DNA of 44,891 bases from a virus: positions 1 through 44,891 of the IMG/VR virus record IMGVR_UViG_3300028048_000213. One strand, written 5' to 3'. The notes beneath the pieces are model-generated. The model did not search any database and was not told where the DNA came from. It saw only the letters and a program-made list of their open reading frames with translations. The translations under genes were made by a program, and so were the position numbers. The stretch's first letter is position 1, and each line of letters opens with the position of its first letter. Positions 1-8,330 of this stretch are shown here, piece by piece.

Positions 1-59
1 AATGATGAGGCTTATTTGGAGGCTCATATAAGCAGCCTGCTTGGTGAAGAGGTGAAACT

Positions 60-269
60 ATGAAGAATGGACTGCAAAACTTCCTTGCATATTGTTATAT
101 GTGTTATACTGGCAAGGCAAGACTAGATAAAACTCAGAATGATATTCATGACAAGCTAATCCTTGTCGGTTTTGTCTTACTGTTCATACTGGGAATCATT
201 ATTGGATGTGCAATCTGCTTCCTTATCCAGCCACCTTCATATTTCAGTACTGAACTGGCTTTTTTATAG
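60..269 (+). CDS. Small membrane protein (paralog of 36649-36858)
   Basis: Hydrophobic stretch LILVGFVLLFILGIIIGCAICFLI; GGTGA RBS upstream; ORF conserved in copy B. Confidence 0.7.
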   Translation: MKNGLQNFLAYCYMCYTGKARLDKTQNDIHDKLILVGFVLLFILGIIIGCAICFLIQPPSYFSTELAFL

Positions 270-282
270 GGGGACAATATTT

Positions 283-471
283 ATGAGAACTATCAAAAAG
301 GAAGAAAAAGTAGTAACTGATTGGCATGGTGTACTCAAAGAAATCAATAAGATTGGCGTGTTTGGTGCCAAGAAAGTACAAACTATCAGCATCAAGCAAT
401 ACTGGTCAGAACTGCATAATAAACCAGAGTACACACTTATCATCAATACTTTGGAGGAGAGAGATGACTAG
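283..471 (+). CDS. Hypothetical early protein (paralog of 36872-37060)
   Basis: ATG at 283 after a GGGGG RBS; near-identical protein in copy B starts at the equivalent ATG. Confidence 0.7.
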   Translation: MRTIKKEEKVVTDWHGVLKEINKIGVFGAKKVQTISIKQYWSELHNKPEYTLIINTLEERDD

Positions 472-658
472 TATTGGAGAGTTAGCAGACGAACTACTCG
501 AAGCCATTGCATTGGAGGATATGAAATCCTTCCAAAAAAATGGTTTCTACACAACATTCACAAAGGCAGGCGATTGCAAGGTACTCGTATTCGACCTGCC
601 AAACGAACAAACCAAACTCGAACAATTCAACATATGGAGGACCAAAAATGGCAACTAA
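464..658 (+). CDS. Hypothetical early protein (paralog of 37053-37247)
   Basis: ATG overlaps the previous ORF end; protein identical in copy B. Confidence 0.7.
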   Translation: MTSIGELADELLEAIALEDMKSFQKNGFYTTFTKAGDCKVLVFDLPNEQTKLEQFNIWRTKNGN

Positions 659-1022
659 AAAAGAAGAAACCCAAGAAATGGCACCACTCCGATACACCGA
701 TACTGTTTACAACTGCATCGGACTATGGAGACAAAAAGGCATCGATGTTAATATGATGCTGATAAAAGAACTGGAAGGAGCAAAGAAAAACCTAGACGTC
801 TACCGACAGAAAGTCGATATTGACAAAAACACCCTATTGCTTGAAACCAATTGGGACAAAGTCAATGAAGAAAGGAAAGCACAAGGATTAACAAAGATAA
901 GCAATGAGAGTATGAGGAAGGCTTACATTGACAGTCAACTCGTACAAGAAAAAAGAGAACTAAACACTTTAATCGTTGAGTATGAGACATTATTAAGAAT
1001 TTATGATGCAATCAAGGAGTAA
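648..1022 (+). CDS. Helical/coiled-coil early protein (paralog of 37237-37611)
   Basis: GGAGG RBS before ATG 648; synonymous differences between copies indicate coding constraint. Confidence 0.75.
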   Translation: MATKKEETQEMAPLRYTDTVYNCIGLWRQKGIDVNMMLIKELEGAKKNLDVYRQKVDIDKNTLLLETNWDKVNEERKAQGLTKISNESMRKAYIDSQLVQEKRELNTLIVEYETLLRIYDAIKE

Positions 1023-1030
1023 CTGATACT

Positions 1031-1705
1031 ATGGCATTCGAAACAGAAGAAACCACTAATGAAATGGTAGTTGTCGAACAAGTGAACGATCAACCTGCAA
1101 CCTTGCCAGATTATGCAATCCTTAACCCTGAAATACCAATGAGTGCTAAAGTAGGTGTTGCTACCAATGTGGCAAATACATTAGCACCATTAGTAAGGGA
1201 ACAAGGATTAACTGTTAAAGGATTAAACAAGAAAAACAAAGAAGCAGAATATGTAATGGTTGAAGGCTGGGAAGTCCTAGGAACATTCTTAGGTATTGTT
1301 CCAGTTACTACAATCATAGATGAGATTAAAAATAAGCATGGGCATATTGTAGGTTACAAGGCAAGAGCAACATTATACCAAAACCCTATAATCCAAAATG
1401 ATGAGATTATGGGCGGAACTGTCATTGCAAGGGCAGAAGCTCAAGCAGATAAGACAGGTTTTCAAAAGGATATGTTTGCCATTGCAAGTATGGCTCAGAC
1501 TCGTGCTTTAGGTAAGGCTTATCGTATGGGATTATCTTGGATTATGAAGATGGCAGGATTTGAAGGCACATTTGCAGAAGATATGCCTAAATTCAAACCA
1601 GATGATTTTGATGTGATAGAAGCAGAACATGAGGCTAAAGTAGAAAGAGCAAGAAACAAACTGAAAAAAGACACTAAGATTATTGAAATGGAGGCAGAAG
1701 AATGA
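1031..1705 (+). CDS. Putative single-strand annealing protein / recombinase (Rad52/ERF-like)
   Basis: Motif ASMAQTRALGKAYR resembles the conserved helix of phage annealing proteins; homolog at 37960-38781; typical position in a replication module. Confidence 0.55.
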   Translation: MAFETEETTNEMVVVEQVNDQPATLPDYAILNPEIPMSAKVGVATNVANTLAPLVREQGLTVKGLNKKNKEAEYVMVEGWEVLGTFLGIVPVTTIIDEIKNKHGHIVGYKARATLYQNPIIQNDEIMGGTVIARAEAQADKTGFQKDMFAIASMAQTRALGKAYRMGLSWIMKMAGFEGTFAEDMPKFKPDDFDVIEAEHEAKVERARNKLKKDTKIIEMEAEE

Positions 1706-2265
1706 GCAGAGGATTAGAACAATACACTGAGAGAGTAGTAGAACAACCAAGAAAGAAGGAGAAGGAGGCTAAAACCACCTTCTTCCCAAGCCTTGAGGGC
1801 GAAATGGTGGAAGAAAACGACTTCAACGATGAATGGTACGACTACCTGAAAGTAACACTCTCCAACCTAGAAGACGGTGAAACATGGACCGGATTCCCAG
1901 TACTCTCAGATGTCCAGACAGTACAATGGGAAGACAACCCAAAACCACAACACCGCGTAACCTTAACACTAGTGGATGAAGAAATGGAAGAAAGACTCGA
2001 AATCCCGATCACATTAAAAACTGATGGAGACATCCAAAAGAACATCCACCACAAAAGCAAACTTTACGCTTTCCTTGCCAGTATCAAAGACCTTGAAGAA
2101 CCTGGCTGGAGCAAGAAACATAACCGTATAGGTAAAGCAGACCTTGACGAATACCGCAGATTCCTTGACTCCGCAAAGGTCTGCACCATCAAAGCGATCG
2201 AAGTCCCAGCAAGGAAAGACTTCCCAAGTTACATGACTTTTAAAGTGGTTAAAATTCAACTTTAA
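1702..2265 (+). CDS. Hypothetical protein, possible ssDNA-binding protein
   Basis: Beta-rich and acidic, between the annealing protein and helicase; positional counterpart of 37620-37970. Function inferred only. Confidence 0.4.
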   Translation: MSRGLEQYTERVVEQPRKKEKEAKTTFFPSLEGEMVEENDFNDEWYDYLKVTLSNLEDGETWTGFPVLSDVQTVQWEDNPKPQHRVTLTLVDEEMEERLEIPITLKTDGDIQKNIHHKSKLYAFLASIKDLEEPGWSKKHNRIGKADLDEYRRFLDSAKVCTIKAIEVPARKDFPSYMTFKVVKIQL

Positions 2266-2313
2266 CCACTAAAACCCTTTTCTTTTTTTTATAAGAATAA
2301 ATGTTAATCGGAG

Positions 2314-4170
2314 GTGAAAAAGTTGACAGAGATACCAGCACAGGAACTTCCAATATTCCAATACTTCCTATCTGTAGAGCAGAAAGGCAAAACAGATTAC
2401 CGGTACAAACTAATCAAGGATGGCGAGATAATCTACAGGAATAATAGCAAGACAAGGCCTGGGCAACTAAACACTAACAGCAGTTTAGTGAAAGAACTAA
2501 TCAAGGAATTAGAAGGCAATGTCACCATAACCGTGGATGATGTCACCCAAGTAGTTAGCAGACCCAATATTAGTAAAAAACTGATGGCTTGCTTGGAAAA
2601 CATCGAGAATGCTCTTGAACAGTACATCCTTAACAAGAACAGGAACCAGCAAGAGCAGGACTTGAAAGAACAACGGGAGAGATTGGAAAAACTGGAAACA
2701 AGGGCTGGAGACTTCTGCAACTTCATAGAAACAAAGGAAGCCGACATAACCACATTCCTTTATTATGCAGCGGAATGGTTGAGCGGAGGCGAAGCCAGAA
2801 ACACACTCGTAGGAGTAATCTGCCACCTGAGCACTTACTTCCATATCAAACCAATATGGTTCTTCAGTATGGGTAAAGCAGGCGAGGGTAAAAGCGTAAT
2901 AGAAGAATGTGCTCATGAGATAATGCCGCCCGAGGCTTTCCGTAACGGCCGTATAAGCGAATCAGCATTACATCGTAAAACCGAAACCGAAGGCATCGAT
3001 TACCTTGACGGCAAGATAATGCGAATGAAAGACATGGGAGGCAAATCAGATTATGAGAAATGGGCCGACACTTTGGATCGTTACAAGGAATTAACCACAG
3101 AGGGCATAGTTGAAGTTGAGAAAACAAGCGATACTGCTAACCCTGATACTGGCCGCAGGGAAGTTGACTTCTTCCAAGTCCGCGGATATTGTAGTGCCTG
3201 CATAACCAGTGTGGATAGTGAGGGATTAGATGACCAGATACTGTCACGTGGGATAGATGTGACCCCTGAAGCTACAAACGAGCAAGTGCAAAAATTCTTT
3301 AAATATAATCAAGGATTGATTAAAGAAGAAAGGGCTCGCATCATTAATGATGAGATTGGTATGTTTCATGATTATGTGAATTATGTTGAAGCCAGGAGCA
3401 GGGAAGTTGAAATCATCAACCCTTATGACCCTTGCTTGTATGATTGGTTTGAAGAAGCCGAGTATTACAAAAGGGGATTAAGCACTTTCCCGGCACTCGT
3501 GAAAACAGTCACTTTACTCAATTATGATTACCGCCAACGCATAGTACGGGACGGGAAAACCTACCTTATAAGCACCCGAGCGGATAACCAGTTAATCGCT
3601 GACTTATTCAATCCAGGGCATGGAGTGAGCAAGTCTTCCATAAAAGTTTTCAATCATATGACTAACTGGTTCGAACCATATAGGCCTAGCGAAGAAGATT
3701 ATGCAAGCGAGTTTGAACGATACGAAAGAGGAGAGATACCTAACATTAAACAATGCAAGGAAATCTTCAATGTCAGTATCGTGAAGTCCAAAGTCAATAA
3801 AAACAGCAACCTTAAGGGACTCCCGGTAGGGGAAATCATAGGCAGCCTTACCAATCACGGATTCATAGAACCTATTGGAAAGATGCCAAGAGGCAATAAG
3901 AATGTGTATGCTCTTGTCCAAACGGAGCCTATAAAGAGCAACCCGATACTTTTTGAAAGTGCCGTTATTGAGGAGTATGTGGGGGAGCTCTCCCTCATGT
4001 ACGGAGTGCCGTATACCCCCCTCCTGGAAATGGTCAATCATGAAAACACCGAAAACGATGGAGAGCCTTGCAATACCCGATTGGAGCTTCCTCCGTGGAG
4101 TTCGGAAGTGCCGCACAAGTGCCTTAAAGGTGCCAGGAGGTACCACGTAGGTACCGCAAAAACCGGTTAA
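2314..4170 (+). CDS. AAA+ P-loop ATPase, putative replicative helicase (MCM-like divergent); start likely TTG 2323
   Basis: Walker A GKAGEGKS, acidic Walker B region MKDMGG, arginine-finger-like LSRG; GGAGGTGA RBS precedes TTG 2323. Confidence 0.65.
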   Translation: MKKLTEIPAQELPIFQYFLSVEQKGKTDYRYKLIKDGEIIYRNNSKTRPGQLNTNSSLVKELIKELEGNVTITVDDVTQVVSRPNISKKLMACLENIENALEQYILNKNRNQQEQDLKEQRERLEKLETRAGDFCNFIETKEADITTFLYYAAEWLSGGEARNTLVGVICHLSTYFHIKPIWFFSMGKAGEGKSVIEECAHEIMPPEAFRNGRISESALHRKTETEGIDYLDGKIMRMKDMGGKSDYEKWADTLDRYKELTTEGIVEVEKTSDTANPDTGRREVDFFQVRGYCSACITSVDSEGLDDQILSRGIDVTPEATNEQVQKFFKYNQGLIKEERARIINDEIGMFHDYVNYVEARSREVEIINPYDPCLYDWFEEAEYYKRGLSTFPALVKTVTLLNYDYRQRIVRDGKTYLISTRADNQLIADLFNPGHGVSKSSIKVFNHMTNWFEPYRPSEEDYASEFERYERGEIPNIKQCKEIFNVSIVKSKVNKNSNLKGLPVGEIIGSLTNHGFIEPIGKMPRGNKNVYALVQTEPIKSNPILFESAVIEEYVGELSLMYGVPYTPLLEMVNHENTENDGEPCNTRLELPPWSSEVPHKCLKGARRYHVGTAKTG

Positions 4171-4228
4171 AGTACCAAGAAGTACCGCAAAAAATGACAA
4201 AAGTGCCAAGAGGTACCGCAAAAAATGA
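4130..4228 (+). repeat. Iteron-like direct repeats GT(A/G)CCAAGA(A/G)GTACCGCAAAAAATGA; candidate origin A
   Basis: Near-identical 26-mers at 4172-4197 and 4203-4228; partial copies at 4130-4144 and 4149-4162. Confidence 0.75.
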
Positions 4229-4779
4229 TACACAAAATACCATGCATAAAACAATACATCTACGAAACAAATGAAGGAAACAGAAATCAAAACCTATTCA
4301 AAGCACTCAACCATCTAAGAAGGTTCAACAAACACGAACCCACCGACTTGATGGAAGAAGAAGCTGAAAAACTAAACCAATACTTCAAAGAACCATTACC
4401 AACCAATGAAGTCAAAAACATACTCAAACACGTAACCAACCATAACTATAGATCCAACTGCAAATCTTTTGAACCTTATTGTCAAAGATGCAGGTATGGT
4501 GATATGAAGGAGCGTTACAATGAGATTAACCCAAGATACCATTGGCACATAAAAGAGGATAATACATTGTATGGGTTCCCTGGTTTGCCTGATGGAACCT
4601 ATTATCCATGGGATTTTGAGAACACTCAAGATTTGGATTATACGGCTAAAAGGCTGGTGATGGAGTTGAGAGAAGCGAAGGGGATAAGTCCCTTGATAGA
4701 CCAGGAGATAATTGCGAATGGGATACCAGTAGGAGACGAAGCCCTAAACGAATACTTGGAATACTTAAAAGGAGAGTAA
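4225..4779 (+). CDS. Primase C-terminal (PriCT-1-like) domain protein with Cys cluster
   Basis: EGNRNQNLF...LNQYFKEPLPTNEV matches the PriCT-1 pattern; followed by CxxxxxYCxxC. Confidence 0.6.
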   Translation: MIHKIPCIKQYIYETNEGNRNQNLFKALNHLRRFNKHEPTDLMEEEAEKLNQYFKEPLPTNEVKNILKHVTNHNYRSNCKSFEPYCQRCRYGDMKERYNEINPRYHWHIKEDNTLYGFPGLPDGTYYPWDFENTQDLDYTAKRLVMELREAKGISPLIDQEIIANGIPVGDEALNEYLEYLKGE

Positions 4780-4784
4780 TCAGC

Positions 4785-4928
4785 ATGAACGAAGAACAAT
4801 GTGAAAGATTAGTGAAAGCATTTGAAAAAATAGCAGAATGGTTCGAACTTAACCCATTATCTGATGTTGCAGGTGCTATTGAGGAGATAAGCAACTCTAT
4901 TGATGAGATGAATGACAAGGAGGAGTAA
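4785..4928 (+). CDS. Small acidic hypothetical protein (47 aa)
   Basis: ORF MNEEQCERLVKAF...DKEE with a GGAG RBS; fills the gap between genes; not in the ORF track. Confidence 0.55.
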   Translation: MNEEQCERLVKAFEKIAEWFELNPLSDVAGAIEEISNSIDEMNDKEE

Positions 4929-4972
4929 CGGATGATACATAGTGAAACTGTAAAGCACATTGGAGATAAGAA

Positions 4973-5686
4973 ATGATGGAGATACTGATTGATGCACGGG
5001 AGCAGGGGGAGAAATACTCCCTCGGAACCCGCAAAGACAGAGCCCAAAAACATTACAATGAACTAGGCTACCCCGCAATTATAGCACAACTAGACTACGG
5101 GGACTACCTATTCAATAATGAAACCATCTTCGAGTACAAGACAATCGCAGACCTGATGAGCAGCATAAGGGACAAATCAGTATTCGAAGAAGTGGCAAAC
5201 CAAACCAAACACTACCCTTACAGTTTCCTAATAATCGTAGGAGACATAAACCATTATATTAAGTATATGTTCGACATTCCAAAGATTTACAATCACTGGG
5301 ACGGGGATTATGCTGCATGGAGAGCCAACTGCTACAAACGATATTATGGTGGACTCAGGAGATTAAGATGCTACTCCAATATCATACATTCAATGAGCGA
5401 AACACAAGCTTTTGATGAGATGCTGTTGCAGGCGATCAAGTGCAGCCATCCAAAATATTATGGTGGAACTAAACGACCTGTTAAGGGTACGGATATTATT
5501 ATCCATATGTTGTGTGGGTCTGGTAATGTGTCCCTTAAAAAGGCAGAGAGGATTAAGGAAACCTTAAGATTAGGGAGTCCGAGTGATTTGCTTGAGGCTA
5601 CCATTAAGGATTTTGAACAAGTGAAAGGAATAGGGCATAAGACTGCAACTAATCTATATGAATGGCTTCATAATGTGGAGGTTTGA
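4973..5686 (+). CDS. ERCC4/XPF-family structure-specific nuclease with HhH motif (probable resolvase)
   Basis: IDAREQ...GDY...EYKTIADLMSSI nuclease motifs; C-terminal VKGIGHKTA helix-hairpin-helix. Confidence 0.85.
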   Translation: MMEILIDAREQGEKYSLGTRKDRAQKHYNELGYPAIIAQLDYGDYLFNNETIFEYKTIADLMSSIRDKSVFEEVANQTKHYPYSFLIIVGDINHYIKYMFDIPKIYNHWDGDYAAWRANCYKRYYGGLRRLRCYSNIIHSMSETQAFDEMLLQAIKCSHPKYYGGTKRPVKGTDIIIHMLCGSGNVSLKKAERIKETLRLGSPSDLLEATIKDFEQVKGIGHKTATNLYEWLHNVEV

Positions 5687-5928
5687 TAATATTTTGTGAG
5701 AGTAGTGAGGATTTTAACAGCAGAGAATATAAGGGGTACAAGCCCTACACAATGCCAGAACGGGGCTATGATTGGAAGGATTATGTAAGATTGAATGATG
5801 CCGAGGATAAAGTAGTGAGTTGTCATATGTGCGACATCCGAAAAACCGGTTGCATAAGCAAAGCTACACCAAGGTATTATTGTAAACGGGATAAGCGATC
5901 AATACAAACAAGTTTAGGAGATTTTTAA
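5683..5928 (+). CDS. Small Cys-rich protein with C-terminal PIP-box-like motif (paralog of 42210-42455)
   Basis: TTG start after GGAGG; CHMC...C...C cluster; ends QTSLGDF. Confidence 0.7.
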   Translation: MIIFCESSEDFNSREYKGYKPYTMPERGYDWKDYVRLNDAEDKVVSCHMCDIRKTGCISKATPRYYCKRDKRSIQTSLGDF

Positions 5929-5929
5929 C

Positions 5930-6655
5930 ATGAATAATTTTGAAAAGATTTTTGAAAAGCTAGCACGTACCCATGACCCTATGAATCTCTTTAGTGAGTT
6001 TTTAGATTATTGCATTGACATAAATCTTCTCACTCTTAAAAGCCAAGGATTAGATTTCAAAGGAAGAGAAAAACAGTACATGGAAATGTTCAAGGAATGG
6101 ATACTAATCACTAATGAAACCCTAGAGAAAGAGGATTCCATAGGTTGGTATGATTACCTTGGAGAGTTTTACGAAGCGGTAATCCAATCCAAATTCAAGG
6201 CTGGAAGTATGGGTCAGTTTTTCACACCATCTAACGTTTGCGAAGCTACGGCTGAGATGACTATGATGGGAAAGCCAAGTGATGGCATGATTAATGATTG
6301 TTGTTGTGGAAGTGGAAGATTATTACTTGCAGGGCATAATCATGATCCAAATGCCATAGTAATAGGTCAGGATTTGGATAGTGTTAGTGTTAAGATGGCA
6401 GCTTTGAATTTTTATATTCATGGTGTACGTGGTAGTGTTTTGCATATGAACAGTATTACCAATGAGTTTTTCGGTGGCTATAAGGTTAACCAGTATCTTG
6501 GGTATGGGTTGCCTTTACCTCATATAGAACTGTTGCATTCATATGAAGATGCTTTCCATTTCTTTGGTGAAGGTTTCAATAAGAGTATTGAAGAGGAACA
6601 GATAGTTGAATTGCATCCTTCAGGTAAGGAAACAGTACAAACAACATTAATCTAA
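5930..6655 (+). CDS. Short HsdM-like (N6-adenine methyltransferase fold) protein lacking the NPPY/F catalytic motif
   Basis: GQFFTP, DCCCGSGRLL (SAM motif I), GQDLD; no [ND]PP[YF]; ends QTTLI. Confidence 0.75.
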   Translation: MNNFEKIFEKLARTHDPMNLFSEFLDYCIDINLLTLKSQGLDFKGREKQYMEMFKEWILITNETLEKEDSIGWYDYLGEFYEAVIQSKFKAGSMGQFFTPSNVCEATAEMTMMGKPSDGMINDCCCGSGRLLLAGHNHDPNAIVIGQDLDSVSVKMAALNFYIHGVRGSVLHMNSITNEFFGGYKVNQYLGYGLPLPHIELLHSYEDAFHFFGEGFNKSIEEEQIVELHPSGKETVQTTLI

Positions 6656-6671
6656 GGTGGGCGGAGTTTGT

Positions 6672-7097
6672 ATGTATGATACATTATTAGATTACAATAA
6701 CAACATGGGATATGTTCCACCATTAGATGTTCCCGAATCCAAAGCAGAACTCATTTATCGTGTTACAGAAAAAATGAGCAAATACTGTAATCAGAAACAA
6801 TTAAGCGAATTAAACAAGGTTCTGATTCATGAATTAGAAAAAGTGGACATCATAACCCAAGAAAAACCTATTTTAGAAGATGCGAAAAGAGAGAATGAAA
6901 GATTATTGAATGATTTTATTGATGCTAAAAAACTGGAAGGCCGAAGCATAAACACTTTAGTCTATTACAAATCCACACTTGAGAAATTTTTAGAAACCCT
7001 TAACAAACCAGTTACCGATGTAAGAGCTCAGGAATTAAGACCATACCTGCTTAATTATGGAGAAACTGTTAGTAAAGTCACATTAGATAATGTCCGA
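6672..7097 (+). repeat. Direct repeat copy A3 (homologous to 44466-44891)
   Basis: 426 bp with 4 substitutions by manual alignment; the last 127 bp (6971-7097 / 44765-44891) are identical. Confidence 0.95.
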
Positions 7098-7727
7098 AGG
7101 ATTTTCAGCAGCTTCTTTGCTTGGCTACTTGAAGAGGAATATATCTTCCGAAACCCTATGAATAAGATCCATAGAGTAAAACAGCCAAAGACAATTAAGA
7201 AACCATTTACCGAGTATGAGATTGAACAGTTAAGGTTAGCTTGCACTAACCTGCGTGATAGAGCAGTGCTTGAACTATTATTAAGTACTGGAATAAGAAT
7301 AACCGAACTAATCCAATTGAAAAAGGATGATGTCGATTTCCATGACAGGAGCATAATCGTATGGGGTAAAGGTGCAAAACAAAGAGAAGTATATTTCGGA
7401 GAACAAGCCGAACTTCATCTCCAAATGTATCTTGATTCAAGAACTGATAATGACCCTCATTTATTCCTAGCCCTCATAGGAGGGAAACCTCTTCAAAGTA
7501 ACAGCAGTCTTATATCAATGTTCAAGGGATTAAGTGAACGTTCAGGAGTTCCTAAAGTTCATGCTCACAGATTCCGCAGAACCATGGCCACATGGGCAGT
7601 CAATCATGGAATGCCTATAGAACAAATCAGCCAATTATTAGGGCATGCCAGTTTGGAAACTACTCAGATTTATGCAATAGTGGACCAGTCCCAACTCAAA
7701 TATGCTCATAAGAAATATATAAGATGA
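6672..7727 (+). CDS. XerD-like tyrosine recombinase
   Basis: RDRAVLELLLSTGIRITEL (R), GKGAK (K), HAHRFRRT (HxxR), LLGH and TQIY (H, Y); N-terminal SAM-like domain. Confidence 0.93.
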   Translation: MYDTLLDYNNNMGYVPPLDVPESKAELIYRVTEKMSKYCNQKQLSELNKVLIHELEKVDIITQEKPILEDAKRENERLLNDFIDAKKLEGRSINTLVYYKSTLEKFLETLNKPVTDVRAQELRPYLLNYGETVSKVTLDNVRRIFSSFFAWLLEEEYIFRNPMNKIHRVKQPKTIKKPFTEYEIEQLRLACTNLRDRAVLELLLSTGIRITELIQLKKDDVDFHDRSIIVWGKGAKQREVYFGEQAELHLQMYLDSRTDNDPHLFLALIGGKPLQSNSSLISMFKGLSERSGVPKVHAHRFRRTMATWAVNHGMPIEQISQLLGHASLETTQIYAIVDQSQLKYAHKKYIR

Positions 7728-7746
7728 TACTGGAAGGAATGCTAGG

Positions 7747-8163
7747 ATGAAAGGGGTTCCAAATACAAAATACATAGGGTATCGTAAAAACACGGGGAAT
7801 TATTACATCCAAAAAAGAGTAAAAGATAAGATATTCCTCTTTGGAACTTATGAAACTCTTGAAGATGCAATATTCTGGAGAGATTACCATGTTAAACATG
7901 GATGGAACCTGAATGAAAGATTGATGGGATCTAAAACAAAATTCATAGAAGAATACGCTGACGGAAAATACATTATTAAAAAAGTGACAAATGGGAAAAA
8001 GAAGACTTTCGGAGTATTCACAGATTATTATGAAGCTCTTCGAGAAGTTATGCTTTTGAAGAAATGCGGTTGGGATTGGGAGGCAATCTGCGAATCAATA
8101 GATGAAACTATTGATGGCAAAATAATAATGAGAAATAGGATTGTGGAGGAGTTAAATTTATGA
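7747..8163 (+). CDS. Tandem AP2-like DNA-binding domain protein
   Basis: Two repeats of Y-x-I-x-K...FG(T/V)(Y/F)...(D/E)A...GW. Confidence 0.6.
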   Translation: MKGVPNTKYIGYRKNTGNYYIQKRVKDKIFLFGTYETLEDAIFWRDYHVKHGWNLNERLMGSKTKFIEEYADGKYIIKKVTNGKKKTFGVFTDYYEALREVMLLKKCGWDWEAICESIDETIDGKIIMRNRIVEELNL

Positions 8164-8330
8164 GTGATGACCAATTATTTGGCGAAACTGATTTTGAAAT
8201 TGAGAACCAAAAATTAAGAGAAGAGAACCAAAAGTTACAAGGAAAGATAAAGAGGCTGAATGCTTTCATTGTTAGTAAAGATTTAGCAATAGAGTATATA
8301 CGATGGCAAAAAGGTAGTGGTGATGATTGA
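8160..8330 (+). CDS. Small coiled-coil protein (56 aa)
   Basis: ATGA overlap with the previous stop; QKLREENQKLQGKIKRL heptads. Confidence 0.55.
   Translation: MSDDQLFGETDFEIENQKLREENQKLQGKIKRLNAFIVSKDLAIEYIRWQKGSGDD

Larger units (their letters stand above)
1..1045 (+). repeat. Direct repeat copy A1 (homologous to 36590-37634)
   Basis: 1-63 is identical to 36590-36652. The offset of 36589 is kept through ATGGCATTCGAAACA (1031-1045 / 37620-37634). The 69-aa membrane ORF is more diverged; the other ORFs are near-identical. Confidence 0.95.

Noticed and set aside
1-63. Direct terminal repeats of a linear virion genome
   Set aside because: The two window ends do not match each other; each matches a different internal site.
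5930-7727. Complete restriction-modification system or hsdS shufflon
   Set aside because: No restriction endonuclease, hsdS or inverted repeats were detected around the recombinase.
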